Positions 1 to 10,512 of a stretch of DNA of 64,000 bases are shown one piece after another. Source of the stretch: an uncultured Bacteroidota bacterium (GTDB lineage: Bacteria > Bacteroidota > Bacteroidia > Bacteroidales > M50B96); NCBI GenBank assembly GCA_937954085.1, contig CALGAK010000125.1, positions 43,224 through 107,223 on the forward strand, in the 5' to 3' direction. How positions within the stretch are numbered: position 1 is the first letter of the stretch; each line of letters begins with the position of its first letter. The translations under genes and the position numbers were made by a program. A model generated the notes under the pieces. It did not search any database and was not told the origin of the DNA. It saw nothing but the letters and a program-made list of their open reading frames with translations.

Positions 1-315
1 GGAACTGGCATTACCCGTTTTTGGTCCGAAGCCATTGTTCAAGTTGGAATGGAATCCTTTGCAACTGAATATGCGCTGCGCGTTTTCCCGAATCCGGTCA
101 ATTCCGAATTTTTTGTAGAAGGGTTGAATTCCGATAAGGAAACAGTGATGATGAAACTGTTCAATCAGCAAGGAAGCGAGGTAATCGGTATTACTGCTCA
201 ACCCCTTGCTGGTCGCACACGCTTTACCTTACCATCGAACTTGGCTTCGGGGATTTACTTCCTGCAACTGACCACAGGAAACAATACGGTAACTAAAAAA
301 ATTGTAAAACAATAA
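1..315 (+). CDS. C-terminal fragment of a secreted protein with a T9SS (Por) C-terminal sorting domain; the 5' end lies outside the window
   Basis: Frame 1 is open from base 1. The tail RVFPNPVNSEFFVEGL...SGIYFLQLTTGNNTVTKKIVKQ shows the FPNP / GxYF / terminal KIVKQ pattern of type-A T9SS CTDs. The 1745-aa protein at 58206-63407 has the same ending. Confidence 0.75.
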   Translation, partial: GTGITRFWSEAIVQVGMESFATEYALRVFPNPVNSEFFVEGLNSDKETVMMKLFNQQGSEVIGITAQPLAGRTRFTLPSNLASGIYFLQLTTGNNTVTKKIVKQ

Positions 316-331
316 AGGGTGGGGATCCTTT

Positions 332-374
332 GGGAAGCTATGTTCTTTTAACAAGAACAAGCTTCCCGTTTTTT
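332..374 (+). terminator. Rho-independent terminator after the T9SS-cargo fragment
   Basis: GGGAAGCTaTGTTCTT-ttaac-AAGAACAAGCTTCCC forms a 15-bp stem and is followed by gTTTTTT. Confidence 0.7.
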
Positions 375-400
375 ATTTCGCACTGCTGAGAAAACAATCC

Positions 401-2620
401 ATGAACCGAGTTTTTCCTACTTTACTCCTATTCTTTGTTTTTTCAATCCTACATACCCACGGACAGGTTTCGGAAATTCTAATAAAAGATGCGAAAACCG
501 GCCTTGGGGTGGCTTATGCTCATCTCATTGTCGATCCGCAACCCGATAAGCAAGCACAAGTCTATTTAACCAACGACAAAGGGTTGGCATCCCTCACTTT
601 TGCCGACTCATTGAGTATCCAAATTAGTGTTGTTGGCTACCAATCGATTACCCAAACGATTCGCCCTCAAAAGTACCAAGAGATTGAAATCCAACCCTCG
701 AACTTCAATGTGAAGGAAGTGGTGATAACCGGGCAGTTGGAACCACAACCGGTAGATCAATCCATTTACAAAATCAAGATTATCGATTCGAAAGAAATTG
801 AATCGAAAGCGGCGGTTAATATTCCCGATTTAATTGCTACCGACCTGAAATTCAGAACCTTTTCCGATGGCATTTTAGGGAGTAGCCTTTCTATTCAAGG
901 CCTTTCCGGCAACAATGTAAAGATCTTGGTCGATGGTGTCCCGGTTATTGGACGCGAAGGAGGAAATGTTGATTTGTCGCAACTCAATCTCTACAACGTC
1001 GATCATATCGAGGTAGTAGAAGGACCCTTTTCGGTTCTGTACGGAAACAACAGTCTGGCAGGTGCGATCAACATCATTACGAAAGAGAATAAGTACACCC
1101 GTTTCAAATCGCAAATCAATGCGTATTACGAATCGGTTGGACGCTACAATGCCGATGGCCTTATCTCTTTTCGAAAGAAAAACTCCAGTTATACCTTTTC
1201 CGGAGGACGAAATTTTACCCAAGAGCGCGACCTCGATCCGAACCTGCGCAGCACCCTTTGGAAACCCAAAGAGCAATACCTCGCCGATGCTTCGTACACC
1301 TACGACAAAGGCAACACGAAGCTCAAATTATCCACCTCCTTGCTTCGCGAACTCATGATCGATAAAGGTACTCCTCGCCCACCCTATGGTGAAATTGCCC
1401 GCGATGTGTACCTCACAACCTGGCGTCAGATTCATTCCATCAACTATGAATACCGCCTGCGCGACGACCATTTGCTGAGCTTCTTGAGTAGTTTTTCCAA
1501 CTATTCGCGCATAAACGAAGATTTCTTAAAAGACCTTACCACCCTCGATATGCGCTCGGTCGAACTCGACACCACCCTTTCCGATAATTGGGTATTTCGA
1601 GGCGAATGGCGAAACTTCGGAAAAGATAAAATCTTCAATTATCACCTCGGCTATGATATTAATCTGGAATCGGGTAAAGGAGAAAAAATTAACGACGGAG
1701 CCCGCTTTATAAACGATTACGCCCTTTTCTGGAGTGCTCAATTCAACCAATTACGCTGGATACAAATTCAGCCCGGTTTGCGATACTCCTTCAACACCCA
1801 ATTTAGTACACCGCTGGTTCCCTCTATCAATTTCAAAATATCGCCTAACGCATGGTGGGATGTTCGCTTAAGCTATGTTCGCGGATTCCGCTCACCAACG
1901 ATTAAAGAATTATTCCTCGATTTCCAGGATACGAATCATAATTTATTCGGGAACCCCGACCTGGAACCTGAATTCGGGCACAACTACAATCTATCGTTTA
2001 ACCTGAACACCGAAAGGTGGCATAAGCTCCATTATTCCAATTTTAAAATCGATTTCTTTTACAATTCCATGTGGAATAAGATTGAACTCGGAGCGATTAA
2101 TCCGGAAGAATTGCATTATAGCTACGTGAACATTGCTCGTTATGGAACGATGGGAGGTTTTGCTCAATTCGATTATCGCTTCCATCCTTATCTAAACTTC
2201 TCCGTGGGCTATGGAAACACCAGTTACCTGACCTCTACCGATGGAGAAAGCCTCAATTACGATTCCATCCAATCGTCGAACGATGTTACTTCTAGCCTGG
2301 CCTGGAGCATTTTAAGCTGGAATAGCGATGTGTCGCTTTTCTACAAGTACAATGGCCAATTGCCCCGTTTCACTATCGACGAAAATAATCAAATGGTATT
2401 CGATTTCCTGAAACCGTTCCATACCCTTGATATCAGCTTTAATTCAAGCTTCTTCCAAAATCGATTGAAAACCTCGGTGGGAGTCCGGAATGTTTTTAAC
2501 AACTACATTGTAGAACAAACGGGTTCGGGTGGAGCGGCTCACGTGGCAGGTGCCGGAATGCCCATATCCATGGGTCGAACCCTCTTCGTAAAACTTAGTT
2601 ATCATTTTAATCGTTACTAG
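401..2620 (+). CDS. TonB-dependent outer-membrane receptor
   Basis: It has a signal peptide and a CarboxypepD_reg-like N-segment (EILIKDAKTGLGVAYAHLIV). Plug motifs are present (VVITGQ, IEVVEGPFSVLYGNNSLAGAINIITKE). A long beta-barrel part ends in LSYHFNRY. Confidence 0.9.
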   Translation: MNRVFPTLLLFFVFSILHTHGQVSEILIKDAKTGLGVAYAHLIVDPQPDKQAQVYLTNDKGLASLTFADSLSIQISVVGYQSITQTIRPQKYQEIEIQPSNFNVKEVVITGQLEPQPVDQSIYKIKIIDSKEIESKAAVNIPDLIATDLKFRTFSDGILGSSLSIQGLSGNNVKILVDGVPVIGREGGNVDLSQLNLYNVDHIEVVEGPFSVLYGNNSLAGAINIITKENKYTRFKSQINAYYESVGRYNADGLISFRKKNSSYTFSGGRNFTQERDLDPNLRSTLWKPKEQYLADASYTYDKGNTKLKLSTSLLRELMIDKGTPRPPYGEIARDVYLTTWRQIHSINYEYRLRDDHLLSFLSSFSNYSRINEDFLKDLTTLDMRSVELDTTLSDNWVFRGEWRNFGKDKIFNYHLGYDINLESGKGEKINDGARFINDYALFWSAQFNQLRWIQIQPGLRYSFNTQFSTPLVPSINFKISPNAWWDVRLSYVRGFRSPTIKELFLDFQDTNHNLFGNPDLEPEFGHNYNLSFNLNTERWHKLHYSNFKIDFFYNSMWNKIELGAINPEELHYSYVNIARYGTMGGFAQFDYRFHPYLNFSVGYGNTSYLTSTDGESLNYDSIQSSNDVTSSLAWSILSWNSDVSLFYKYNGQLPRFTIDENNQMVFDFLKPFHTLDISFNSSFFQNRLKTSVGVRNVFNNYIVEQTGSGGAAHVAGAGMPISMGRTLFVKLSYHFNRY

Positions 2621-2622
2621 CC

Positions 2623-3603
2623 ATGGACCGAATCCTAGCCTTTTTGTTTAGCCTGCTGGTTCTCAATGCTTGTTTCATCGAAGATACGCCAATCGAACCC
2701 CATCAACCTGGCGATGAATCGCTCATCGAGTTCGATTTATCGATTTACGAACACCTTATTTGGTTCGATTTAAATACCGAATCGATTGTCAAAATTGAAT
2801 CGCCTGGATATTATCATCTAGGCTTCGAAACAGCTCCCGAAGGGTATCACATCCGCCTAAACTCAGCCAATAACTTTAAAATTTGTCGAACGGGAAGCAC
2901 CCTTTTCGAAGGCACAACCAGCATACCCGATTCGGCAGAGTGGCGTTACGATGCCTCGACCGGCGACTTGGATTCTACCGCCATTGGTAATTGGGTGAGT
3001 ATCGCTCTCGACGGAGCCATCTCGAATAACGAAGTGTATCTTTGGGGCTTATTCAACGGTTTGAACTACCAGGTGTATCGAAAAATTCAATTCCTTTCGG
3101 TCGATTCGGATAAGTACACTTTCCGTTCGGCTGAGTTAGATGGCAACAACGAGCAAACCTTCACCGTTTGGAAAGATACCTTGTATGCTTTCGTCTTATT
3201 CAGTTTCGATGCAGAAGGGCTCGTAGAGCAGCCTCACCCCGACAACTGGGATCTCTTGTTTACTCCTTATTACACCACCCTTTACACCGACGATGGTATT
3301 CCAACTCCTTACAATGTGCGCGGAATTTTAATCAACGAAGAGCGAACCTTGGCCACCCTCGATACCCTGAACGATTTTGCAAACATCGATTATCAGCTTT
3401 TAGAGAATTACATCTTTACCAATCAGCTCGATGCTATTGGTCATGAATGGAAATATTACAATGGAGAAGATTATGTGGTTACAACCAACATGAATTTCGT
3501 TGTAAAAGATACCGAAGGGTATTACTTTAAGTTCCGCTTCGTTGGCTACCACAATGCAGAGAACGAAAAAGGTTTCCCTTCGTTCGAATTGCAGCGACTA
3601 TAA
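2623..3603 (+). CDS. Lipoprotein, probably an HmuY-family ligand-binding partner of the upstream receptor
   Basis: It starts 3 nt after the receptor stop and has the lipobox LLVLNAC. The NWDLLF...VRGILIN segment resembles HmuY-like proteins that pair with TonB receptors in Bacteroidota. The family call is from memory only. Confidence 0.5.
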   Translation: MDRILAFLFSLLVLNACFIEDTPIEPHQPGDESLIEFDLSIYEHLIWFDLNTESIVKIESPGYYHLGFETAPEGYHIRLNSANNFKICRTGSTLFEGTTSIPDSAEWRYDASTGDLDSTAIGNWVSIALDGAISNNEVYLWGLFNGLNYQVYRKIQFLSVDSDKYTFRSAELDGNNEQTFTVWKDTLYAFVLFSFDAEGLVEQPHPDNWDLLFTPYYTTLYTDDGIPTPYNVRGILINEERTLATLDTLNDFANIDYQLLENYIFTNQLDAIGHEWKYYNGEDYVVTTNMNFVVKDTEGYYFKFRFVGYHNAENEKGFPSFELQRL

Positions 3604-4896
3604 CAGTTCTCCAATCAAAGCCGGATCGTCGCCCGACTCAATCCCAACAATTTGAACCAATTGCCAGGAATTGGCAGGCAATTTTTTGCCCATCACCTTC
3701 ACCGGGACAAAATGCTCTCCTAAGCCAAGTGAGTAAGCATTGCCCGATTTCTCGATAATTAATCGTTGCTGTTTGCCAATGAAACTACTGCGATAGGTGC
3801 GTTTATTTTCTTCGGATAATAATCGCATTCCCTCGCTCCGCGCCGACTTCACCTTCTCGGGTACCTGATCGCCAGCCCGCGCTGCTCGCGTACCATCGCG
3901 CTTCGAGTACTTAAACGTGTGCACATGAGTGAATCCCATCTCTTTTACCCGATCCAGACTGGCCTGAAAATCCTCGTCCGTTTCGCCCGGAAAACCGACA
4001 ATGATATCGGTCGTTAAATTCATATCCGGACGCACCGAACGAATGGATTGAACCATCTCGGAAAAACTTCGTGCTGTGTACATGCGACGCATCTTCAGCA
4101 AAATAGCTTCCGAACCCGACTGCAAGCAAATGTGCAAATGTGGGCTCAACTTCGGATGATTGAGCATGGAGAATAATTTCTCGCCAAATCCTTCGGGTTC
4201 CATGGAAGAAATCCGTACGCGAAAATCGCCCGGCAAGGCCAAAATTTGCTCTATCAAATCTTCGAAAAGAAGACCCTCGTAATCGTAACGGCCAATATTT
4301 ACTCCGGTTATTACCAGTTCCTTGTAACCTATTCGGATCAGTTCGCGTGCATTTTCCAACACTTCCTCTACCGGACGACTGATCGCTCGACCGCGAACAA
4401 AAGGAATGATACAGAAGGAACAGAAATTATCGCATCCGTCTTGAATCTTGAGCAAGCTACGGGTATGGATGGTTTCCTCGCCAACGGCAAATCCAAACAC
4501 ATCCTTTTCATACTCATCGGGGTTGACTAACTCTCCTTTGAAATGAGCATCGACGATGGAAAAGATCGACGATTTGCGATCGTTATCAACCACATAAGTA
4601 ATTTGCTCGTTCGCGTTTAATTGATCTTTGCGGTGATTAGCCATGCAGCCGGTAACCAGCATAACCGCATCGGGTTTAACGCGTTTGCCTTGCTGTATGG
4701 TATTGCGCGATTTATGGTCGCTTTTATTCGTAACGGTGCAAGTATTCACTACATACACATCCGCTTCTTCTTTATAATCGACTACCTCGAACCCCCCTTT
4801 TTTGAATTGAGAAATCAGGGTGTCGGTTTCGTACTGGTTCAAACGGCAACCGAGTGTTTTAAAGGCAATTTTTTTAGCCATGGAAAACTCCTTCAT
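3598..4896 (-). CDS. mtaB: tRNA t6A37 methylthiotransferase MtaB (radical SAM)
   Basis: The N-domain reads KIAFKTLGCRLNQYETD, the radical-SAM motif is CDNFCSFC, and a TRAM-like C-terminus is present. The start may instead be the ATG at 4881 (MAKKIAF). Confidence 0.85.
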   Translation of the reverse strand: MKEFSMAKKIAFKTLGCRLNQYETDTLISQFKKGGFEVVDYKEEADVYVVNTCTVTNKSDHKSRNTIQQGKRVKPDAVMLVTGCMANHRKDQLNANEQITYVVDNDRKSSIFSIVDAHFKGELVNPDEYEKDVFGFAVGEETIHTRSLLKIQDGCDNFCSFCIIPFVRGRAISRPVEEVLENARELIRIGYKELVITGVNIGRYDYEGLLFEDLIEQILALPGDFRVRISSMEPEGFGEKLFSMLNHPKLSPHLHICLQSGSEAILLKMRRMYTARSFSEMVQSIRSVRPDMNLTTDIIVGFPGETDEDFQASLDRVKEMGFTHVHTFKYSKRDGTRAARAGDQVPEKVKSARSEGMRLLSEENKRTYRSSFIGKQQRLIIEKSGNAYSLGLGEHFVPVKVMGKKLPANSWQLVQIVGIESGDDPALIGELL

Positions 4897-4898
4897 TT

Positions 4899-6365
4899 TT
4901 AAGAATGAATCAATTCGAGCGACGATTGCTCAACCGAGGATCCCGCCAGCTCACCGGCTAAAGAGAAATCCAGTGCGGTAGTTACTTTAACCGATACAAT
5001 TTGACCAATCAAATCCTGCGACTGATGATACACCCGTATGTTGATTTTCCCTTCGGTGTAACCGGTCAGGTAGCCGGTTTTTTTATCCTTGCCGGTAATG
5101 AGAACCGGTACAATCTGATCCACCAATGCTTCATTATAAGCCCGCGACGACTGGGCAAACACATCGCTCAAGGCATGCAAACGCTCTTTCTTTACCTGAA
5201 TCGGCACATCGTCGTCCCAACGAGCTGAAGTAGCGCCCGGACGAGGAGAATAAACAGCAACATAAGCCATGTTGTACTTAAATTCTTCCATGGCTTTGAC
5301 CGTATTTTGAAATTGCTCCTCGGTTTCGCCGGTAAATCCTACAATGATATCGGTAAACAAGGTGGCCTGAGGAATTTTCTCACGGATGTATTCCACAATG
5401 TGCCGATACTTGCGCACATCGTGCTTACGATTCATGCGAATGAGCACTTTATCGTCGCCCGACTGAAGGGGTAAGTGAATTTGCTTGGCCAAACAAGGAT
5501 AAGCTGCAATCACATCGATCACTTCATCGCCCATATCGCGAGGATGCGGCGAGGTAAAATACACCCAAAAGGTTTTTCCCGATTCATTGCCGTATTCGCC
5601 AATATTCCGAAGGAGTTGCGCAAAGCTAATCTCCTCTCCTTTCTTGTCGAGACCATAGGAATTTACGTTTTGCCCCAGCAGAGTAATTGATTTGAATCCC
5701 CGATCGACAAGCGATTTAACCTCCTGCAGGATTTCGTCCGACGAACGAGAAACTTCTCTCCCGCGGGTATAGGGAACCGCACAGAAGGTGCAAAATTTAT
5801 CGCAGCCATTCTGAATGGGCACGAATGCTTCGAAATCGGAAGTATAATCGGGTTTGATATCCCAGAAATTATCGATTTGAACCCGTTCTTTATCGATGCT
5901 AAGTTGAATATCGCGCGCCGAAACCCGCTGCTTATTCCGGGCTAATTGAGCCAGGTCGATGCTGATTTCCGGGTCCGATTCCATTACTGGCTGCGGATTG
6001 GCCATTCGCAAGGCCGCAGGACTCACCACTCCGTATTGAGCAATCATTTCCGGGAATTGAGGAAGCTCATTCATGGTGAAAATAATATCGAAGGTTTTCA
6101 GAAATTGCTCCCTGTCCTTCGGTAAAACACAACCGGAAATAAAAGTAATGAGGCTTTCGCGGTCCTTCCGTTTATTCCATTTGTGAATTTTACCATACAC
6201 TTTATCGATGGATTTCTGACGCACGGAGCAAGCCAAAATTCCCAATAAGTTGGCATCTTCCTCCGATTCGGTCGGACGAAAACCCATACTTTCAATCACT
6301 CGTTTTACACGCTCGCTGTCCGATTTGTTCATCTGACAACCCAGCGTTATTAAATGGTATTTCAT
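4899..6365 (-). CDS. miaB: tRNA i6A37 methylthiotransferase MiaB (radical SAM)
   Basis: The N-terminus is MKYHLITLGCQMNKSDSE, the radical-SAM motif is CDKFCTFC, and the C-terminus is TRAM-like (IGQIVSVKVT). Confidence 0.88.
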   Translation of the reverse strand: MKYHLITLGCQMNKSDSERVKRVIESMGFRPTESEEDANLLGILACSVRQKSIDKVYGKIHKWNKRKDRESLITFISGCVLPKDREQFLKTFDIIFTMNELPQFPEMIAQYGVVSPAALRMANPQPVMESDPEISIDLAQLARNKQRVSARDIQLSIDKERVQIDNFWDIKPDYTSDFEAFVPIQNGCDKFCTFCAVPYTRGREVSRSSDEILQEVKSLVDRGFKSITLLGQNVNSYGLDKKGEEISFAQLLRNIGEYGNESGKTFWVYFTSPHPRDMGDEVIDVIAAYPCLAKQIHLPLQSGDDKVLIRMNRKHDVRKYRHIVEYIREKIPQATLFTDIIVGFTGETEEQFQNTVKAMEEFKYNMAYVAVYSPRPGATSARWDDDVPIQVKKERLHALSDVFAQSSRAYNEALVDQIVPVLITGKDKKTGYLTGYTEGKINIRVYHQSQDLIGQIVSVKVTTALDFSLAGELAGSSVEQSSLELIHS

Positions 6366-6472
6366 TCCTATCTTTTATTTGATTTGATTCTTCAGCCAAT
6401 CAAGCTCACAGGGAGTTTAAGTAACTCAGAACCAAATTTTAGCGGCCGCAAAAGTAAGTGAATTGCGATGGA

Positions 6473-7159
6473 TTAAAAATAAACCTCGGCATGAATATGC
6501 TCGGAGGGCAATCCTTGCGCTTCGAGAATATCGAAAGCGTCGTTAATCATATCGGAATTTCCGCATAGATAACAATAGGTCGATTGGTCGATCGGGTTTT
6601 CCTTTAGCCAATCGGTTACACGACCATAGTAATCGCCTTTCCCATCGCGCGATGCACATACGGTGATTCGATTCGATGGATAAATACTTTTCTCGTAGGC
6701 ATCGGCACCATAGCGTACCCCATGAATCAAATGATAATTCAATTCCGGGAAAGAAGTAACCATGCTATGAAAAGGGCTAATGCCTGTTCCACTGGCAATG
6801 AACAGATGTTTTCGCTCATTTAGCGTATCGGGTTTGAGCTGAAAAAATCCGAAAGGTCCTTCCACTTCAATCGGTTCACCGGGTTTCATGTTGCGTAAGC
6901 TCTTGGAAACCATTCCGTCGGCAACCTCTTTGATCAAAACCTCTAAATACTCGTCGTTCGGGGAACTGTAAATGCTGTAATCGCGTTTGTCGATACTCGC
7001 CACCTTACCAATGCTAATGTACTGACCGGGAATAAAATCCATACTTCCTTTGGTCATCCGAAGAACATAAGCTGTATCGGTTAAATGACGTACTTCAATT
7101 ACTTCGTGAACTCTCACTTCGCTAAGCGAATTACCTCGCTTTGTGCTTGCTTTCTCCAT
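6473..7159 (-). CDS. Ferredoxin/flavodoxin-NADP reductase family oxidoreductase
   Basis: It has the FAD-binding motif RDYSIYS and the NAD(P)-binding motif LFIASGTGISPF. The ORF is open to 7279, but homologues begin near MEKAS...VRVHEVIEV, which is the ATG at 7159. Confidence 0.8.
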   Translation of the reverse strand: MEKASTKRGNSLSEVRVHEVIEVRHLTDTAYVLRMTKGSMDFIPGQYISIGKVASIDKRDYSIYSSPNDEYLEVLIKEVADGMVSKSLRNMKPGEPIEVEGPFGFFQLKPDTLNERKHLFIASGTGISPFHSMVTSFPELNYHLIHGVRYGADAYEKSIYPSNRITVCASRDGKGDYYGRVTDWLKENPIDQSTYCYLCGNSDMINDAFDILEAQGLPSEHIHAEVYF

Positions 7160-7306
7160 TAGGTTGTTTTCTCTGTTTAAAAATTTGAAATAGTAACTCA
7201 ATCCAACACACAAAGCTGCGTTTTGTTCCGATAAAATAGAGGGTTTATGCAAGCTCTCTTCATGGTGCAAACCAGACACAGTTCAAGTCCCCTGGAACGA
7301 AAATGC

Positions 7307-8275
7307 TTAGGGCGAATTCAAGAGGATTACAGCTTGCTTAAAACCCCATTCTGGCAGCACCACCCAATACATGCCGGGAGGAAATCCGGTTAAATCAAGT
7401 GGTCTGGACACGAGCTCCCTCCTATCCGAATAAACCAGCCTTCCGGAAGCAGCAAAAACATACACCGATAGGTTTGTCTGCGCGGAAAAACCCGGAGCAT
7501 CGAAATAAAAAACTCCGGTTCCGGGATTCGGGAAAAGGTGAATCGTGGATTGAAACGGATTATCGGGCTGAACCGACAGAATTCCGGTTAGATTTCCCGC
7601 TCGCTCAATAACGTGAATCGCATTAACCGAGTAGAATCCATCCACATACAAATCGCTTAATTGATAATCGACCTGCAGAAAATAGGCACGGGTCGTACTC
7701 GAATCGTAAAACGCTACACGATAGGGCTCGTCGATGGCAAAGCCATCTACTTCGGGAGTTTCCGGGGCGTCGCCCCAAGCAGCGAGAGCCATTGCCCCAT
7801 TGCCCGACCAACGACTGTAACCTCCGCAATGAAATGCATTGTTCTGTTCGTAGAAAACCCCAAAATAGTCGCCGGCCTCGGCTACAAATCCTTCCAATTC
7901 ATTGGGCCGAATTAAAATGGTTGCATTTTGCCCGGTTAAAGCAAAGGTCCAATCGAAAGGAGCAGGTTCAAATACCTCTGCCTGAATCAAAAATGGATGG
8001 GAATTCGCATCAATCAAATAGGCGCTGTACATTCCAGCTTCTAACTGATAAAGGGTAGGTTCGTGAACGCCGTTGTTCCAATAAATATCGAAAGGTGCTT
8101 CTCCTTCGATGAGGCGAAAATCGAGCATCCCATCGCTTGCACCCGGACTGGTGGGAGACACCGTGAGTAGGTCGTAACGCAAATCGGCCTGAGCATTCAC
8201 TGAAAAAGAGAACAAAGTGAGCCCAAGCAAAGTGACACGAGCAACTAAAAACAAGACGTAAGGCATGAGATGCAT
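7307..8275 (-). CDS. Secreted T9SS cargo protein of unknown function
   Basis: It has a signal peptide (LTLFSFSVNAQ), a degenerate SprB-like repeat (GASDGMLDF...YWNNG) and a conserved WxF-TGxNxTILI / GDYFGVFY module. The T9SS CTD reads HLFPNPGTGVFYF...GMYWVVL. Confidence 0.8.
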   Translation of the reverse strand: MHLMPYVLFLVARVTLLGLTLFSFSVNAQADLRYDLLTVSPTSPGASDGMLDFRLIEGEAPFDIYWNNGVHEPTLYQLEAGMYSAYLIDANSHPFLIQAEVFEPAPFDWTFALTGQNATILIRPNELEGFVAEAGDYFGVFYEQNNAFHCGGYSRWSGNGAMALAAWGDAPETPEVDGFAIDEPYRVAFYDSSTTRAYFLQVDYQLSDLYVDGFYSVNAIHVIERAGNLTGILSVQPDNPFQSTIHLFPNPGTGVFYFDAPGFSAQTNLSVYVFAASGRLVYSDRRELVSRPLDLTGFPPGMYWVVLPEWGFKQAVILLNSP

Positions 8276-8362
8276 TTTTACCTGCTAAAAGTAGGAAAAA
8301 GCAGGGGATGCTATCCGCATCGCAAGGGATAAATTCTAACTTTGAGCGGCTTAAATTAATCC

Positions 8363-9229
8363 ATGAAAAAACACCTACTCTTTTTGGCTGTTATGTTGTT
8401 GCTTAGCTATTTGCCAAGCCAGGCACAACGTCAATTATGGACAGTCGGTACCGCTAATACCATGTCGAAAGGAGATATCCGCCTGGGTATCGCACAGCCT
8501 TCAGCCTATGGCCTATCGAATAGCCTCGAGCTGGCAGCAGGAGGATTCTACTTCCCCCTGGCGCCCAATGTAGCCTTGAAAAAACAGTGGATCAAAACGA
8601 AAAATCTCAGCCTTGCCAGCCGCCATGCCGCTACCTATCCGGGACCTCTACTCAGAAGTATTTCCGATCTGTCGTATTTCAACTATTTCCCCGATAAAAA
8701 TATCATTCCCGATGCCCTCGGAGTAAAATCGGAAATCATACTAAGCCTGGGTTTTGGATACACTACTTGTCCGGCATTTACCAGCGAAACCTTTAACCGA
8801 AACAATACCTTCAAAGGGCACACGGGCATACTAAGTTTTAAATTGGGCGCTCAAACGGGCTTTCCATTAGGCGATATTCCTTTCCCAATTATCGAAGAAG
8901 CGGTTATCCATCCTCAAACAGCCTTTTTTAATGAACAAATTAGTGCCTATGCCGGTATAGACTGGGACGGTCGTCTTTTAAAATACAGCGACATCAAAGT
9001 AGATTTGGATTATACTTACCTAAATACAGATTCCTGGGCACTGGAACATAAAACACAGGTTAACTGGTATCATGGTTGGCGCTATTTTCACTTTTTGTTC
9101 GGCTACTATGCCTCCTATGTGCAAGGACCCACACGTTCCTTCTTCTTCATTGGGCCGGTAATCGACTTTATGTGGACTTTACGCAAAGACAAAATCCAAA
9201 AAGGATTGTTTAAAGAAAAAATGTTTTAA
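8363..9229 (+). CDS. Hypothetical exported protein, possibly an outer-membrane beta-barrel
   Basis: It has a signal peptide (LLLSYLPSQAQ), alternating aromatic/glycine-rich segments and a terminal Phe. I recognise no family. Confidence 0.45.
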   Translation: MKKHLLFLAVMLLLSYLPSQAQRQLWTVGTANTMSKGDIRLGIAQPSAYGLSNSLELAAGGFYFPLAPNVALKKQWIKTKNLSLASRHAATYPGPLLRSISDLSYFNYFPDKNIIPDALGVKSEIILSLGFGYTTCPAFTSETFNRNNTFKGHTGILSFKLGAQTGFPLGDIPFPIIEEAVIHPQTAFFNEQISAYAGIDWDGRLLKYSDIKVDLDYTYLNTDSWALEHKTQVNWYHGWRYFHFLFGYYASYVQGPTRSFFFIGPVIDFMWTLRKDKIQKGLFKEKMF

Positions 9230-9231
9230 CC

Positions 9232-9951
9232 ATGGCCTTACCTTATAAAGATCAATCGGCTTCGAAAAAGGCACAAATTGCCGGAATGTTCAACAATATT
9301 GCCCATCGATACGATTTTCTCAATCACTTCTTATCGTTGGGAATCGATAAACTATGGCGACGCAAAGCAATTAACTTGTTAAAGCCCAAAGCACCCAAAA
9401 GCATCCTCGACCTGGCTACCGGAACAGGCGATTTGGCCATTGCTGCGCTGAAACTCAACCCCGAAAAAATCATTGGACTCGATATATCGACCGGGATGCT
9501 GGCGAAAGGGAACGAAAAAATTAAAAAACAGAAACTACATCCACGCATCGAACTGCTCGAAGGCGATTCGGAGAATATCCCCTACCCCGAAAATCATTTC
9601 GATGCCATTACCGTAGCGTTCGGAGTTCGTAATTTCGAAAATCTGGAAAAAGGATTGAGCGAAATGCATCGAGTGCTCCACAACGGAGGTGCTTGCGTGA
9701 TTCTGGAATTCAGTAAGCCACGCTCCTTCCCCATGAAACAACTCTACGGATTCTACTTCAAAAATATTCTTCCGCTGTTGGGTAAAATGGTCAGCCAGGA
9801 TCAATCGGCCTATACCTATTTGCCCGAATCGGTTCAGGAATTTCCCGATGGTCCCGATTTCCTGGCGATCTTAGAAAAACTTCACTTCAGAAATCTGCGC
9901 ATCTACCCTGTCAGCTTAGGAATAGCTAGTATTTATTATGCAGAAAAATAA
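9232..9951 (+). CDS. ubiE: Demethylmenaquinone / ubiquinone C-methyltransferase UbiE(MenG)
   Basis: Diagnostic segments are FNNIAHRYDFLNHFLSLGIDKLWRR and the SAM motif ILDLATGTGD. The C-terminus is typical of UbiE. Confidence 0.9.
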   Translation: MALPYKDQSASKKAQIAGMFNNIAHRYDFLNHFLSLGIDKLWRRKAINLLKPKAPKSILDLATGTGDLAIAALKLNPEKIIGLDISTGMLAKGNEKIKKQKLHPRIELLEGDSENIPYPENHFDAITVAFGVRNFENLEKGLSEMHRVLHNGGACVILEFSKPRSFPMKQLYGFYFKNILPLLGKMVSQDQSAYTYLPESVQEFPDGPDFLAILEKLHFRNLRIYPVSLGIASIYYAEK

Positions 9952-9954
9952 AAC

Positions 9955-10512
9955 ATGACCTGGAACTACCTCGATATCATTCTGATAATTCCATTGCTCA
10001 TTGCAGCTTACAAAGGATTTAGTAAAGGTTTTATTGTTGAAATTGCCAAACTGATTGCCCTGTTGGTGGGTGTTTACGGAGCCATGCGCTTCTCGCATCG
10101 GGTGGGCGCTTACCTTCAAACAAATCTCGGATGGCAATCGGAACACATGGGACTCATTAGCTTCGCGATTACCTTCCTTCTCCTGGTTCTCATAATTCAT
10201 TTCATTGCAAAACTACTGGATAAATTAGCCGATTCCATTGCTCTTGGCTTTGTTAATAACCTGGCCGGAAGCTTATTCAGAGTACTCAAAATTGGCTTCA
10301 TCCTCTCTGTGATCCTTTTCCTTGTCAACTCCTTCGATAAGAATGAGTACCTCATCGCGTCGGAAACAAAAGATAATTCCATTCTTTACCGACCGGTTTC
10401 TAAAATAGCACCTAGCGTTTTTCCCTATTTAAATCTGAAACTCTTAAAGGAAAAAACCGATGCTATTTTACCCACCGACAGCATTCCTCCTGCTACTACG
10501 AACACTCCATGA
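9955..10512 (+). CDS. cvpA: CvpA family membrane protein
   Basis: The N-terminus WNYLDIILIIPLLIAAYKGFSKGFIVEI is followed by four hydrophobic helices. Confidence 0.75.
   Translation: MTWNYLDIILIIPLLIAAYKGFSKGFIVEIAKLIALLVGVYGAMRFSHRVGAYLQTNLGWQSEHMGLISFAITFLLLVLIIHFIAKLLDKLADSIALGFVNNLAGSLFRVLKIGFILSVILFLVNSFDKNEYLIASETKDNSILYRPVSKIAPSVFPYLNLKLLKEKTDAILPTDSIPPATTNTP

Noticed and set aside
875-2185. Alternative-frame and antisense ORFs (64-133 aa) lie inside the TonB-dependent receptor gene.
   Set aside because: They are fully nested in a well-supported 739-aa CDS, and their composition is atypical (Arg/Ser-rich).
7160-7279. A 40-codon N-terminal extension of the ferredoxin-NADP reductase ORF (MSGLHHEESLH...).
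   Set aside because: The homologous domain begins right after the internal ATG at 7159. The extension has no signal or domain character and probably covers the promoter region.
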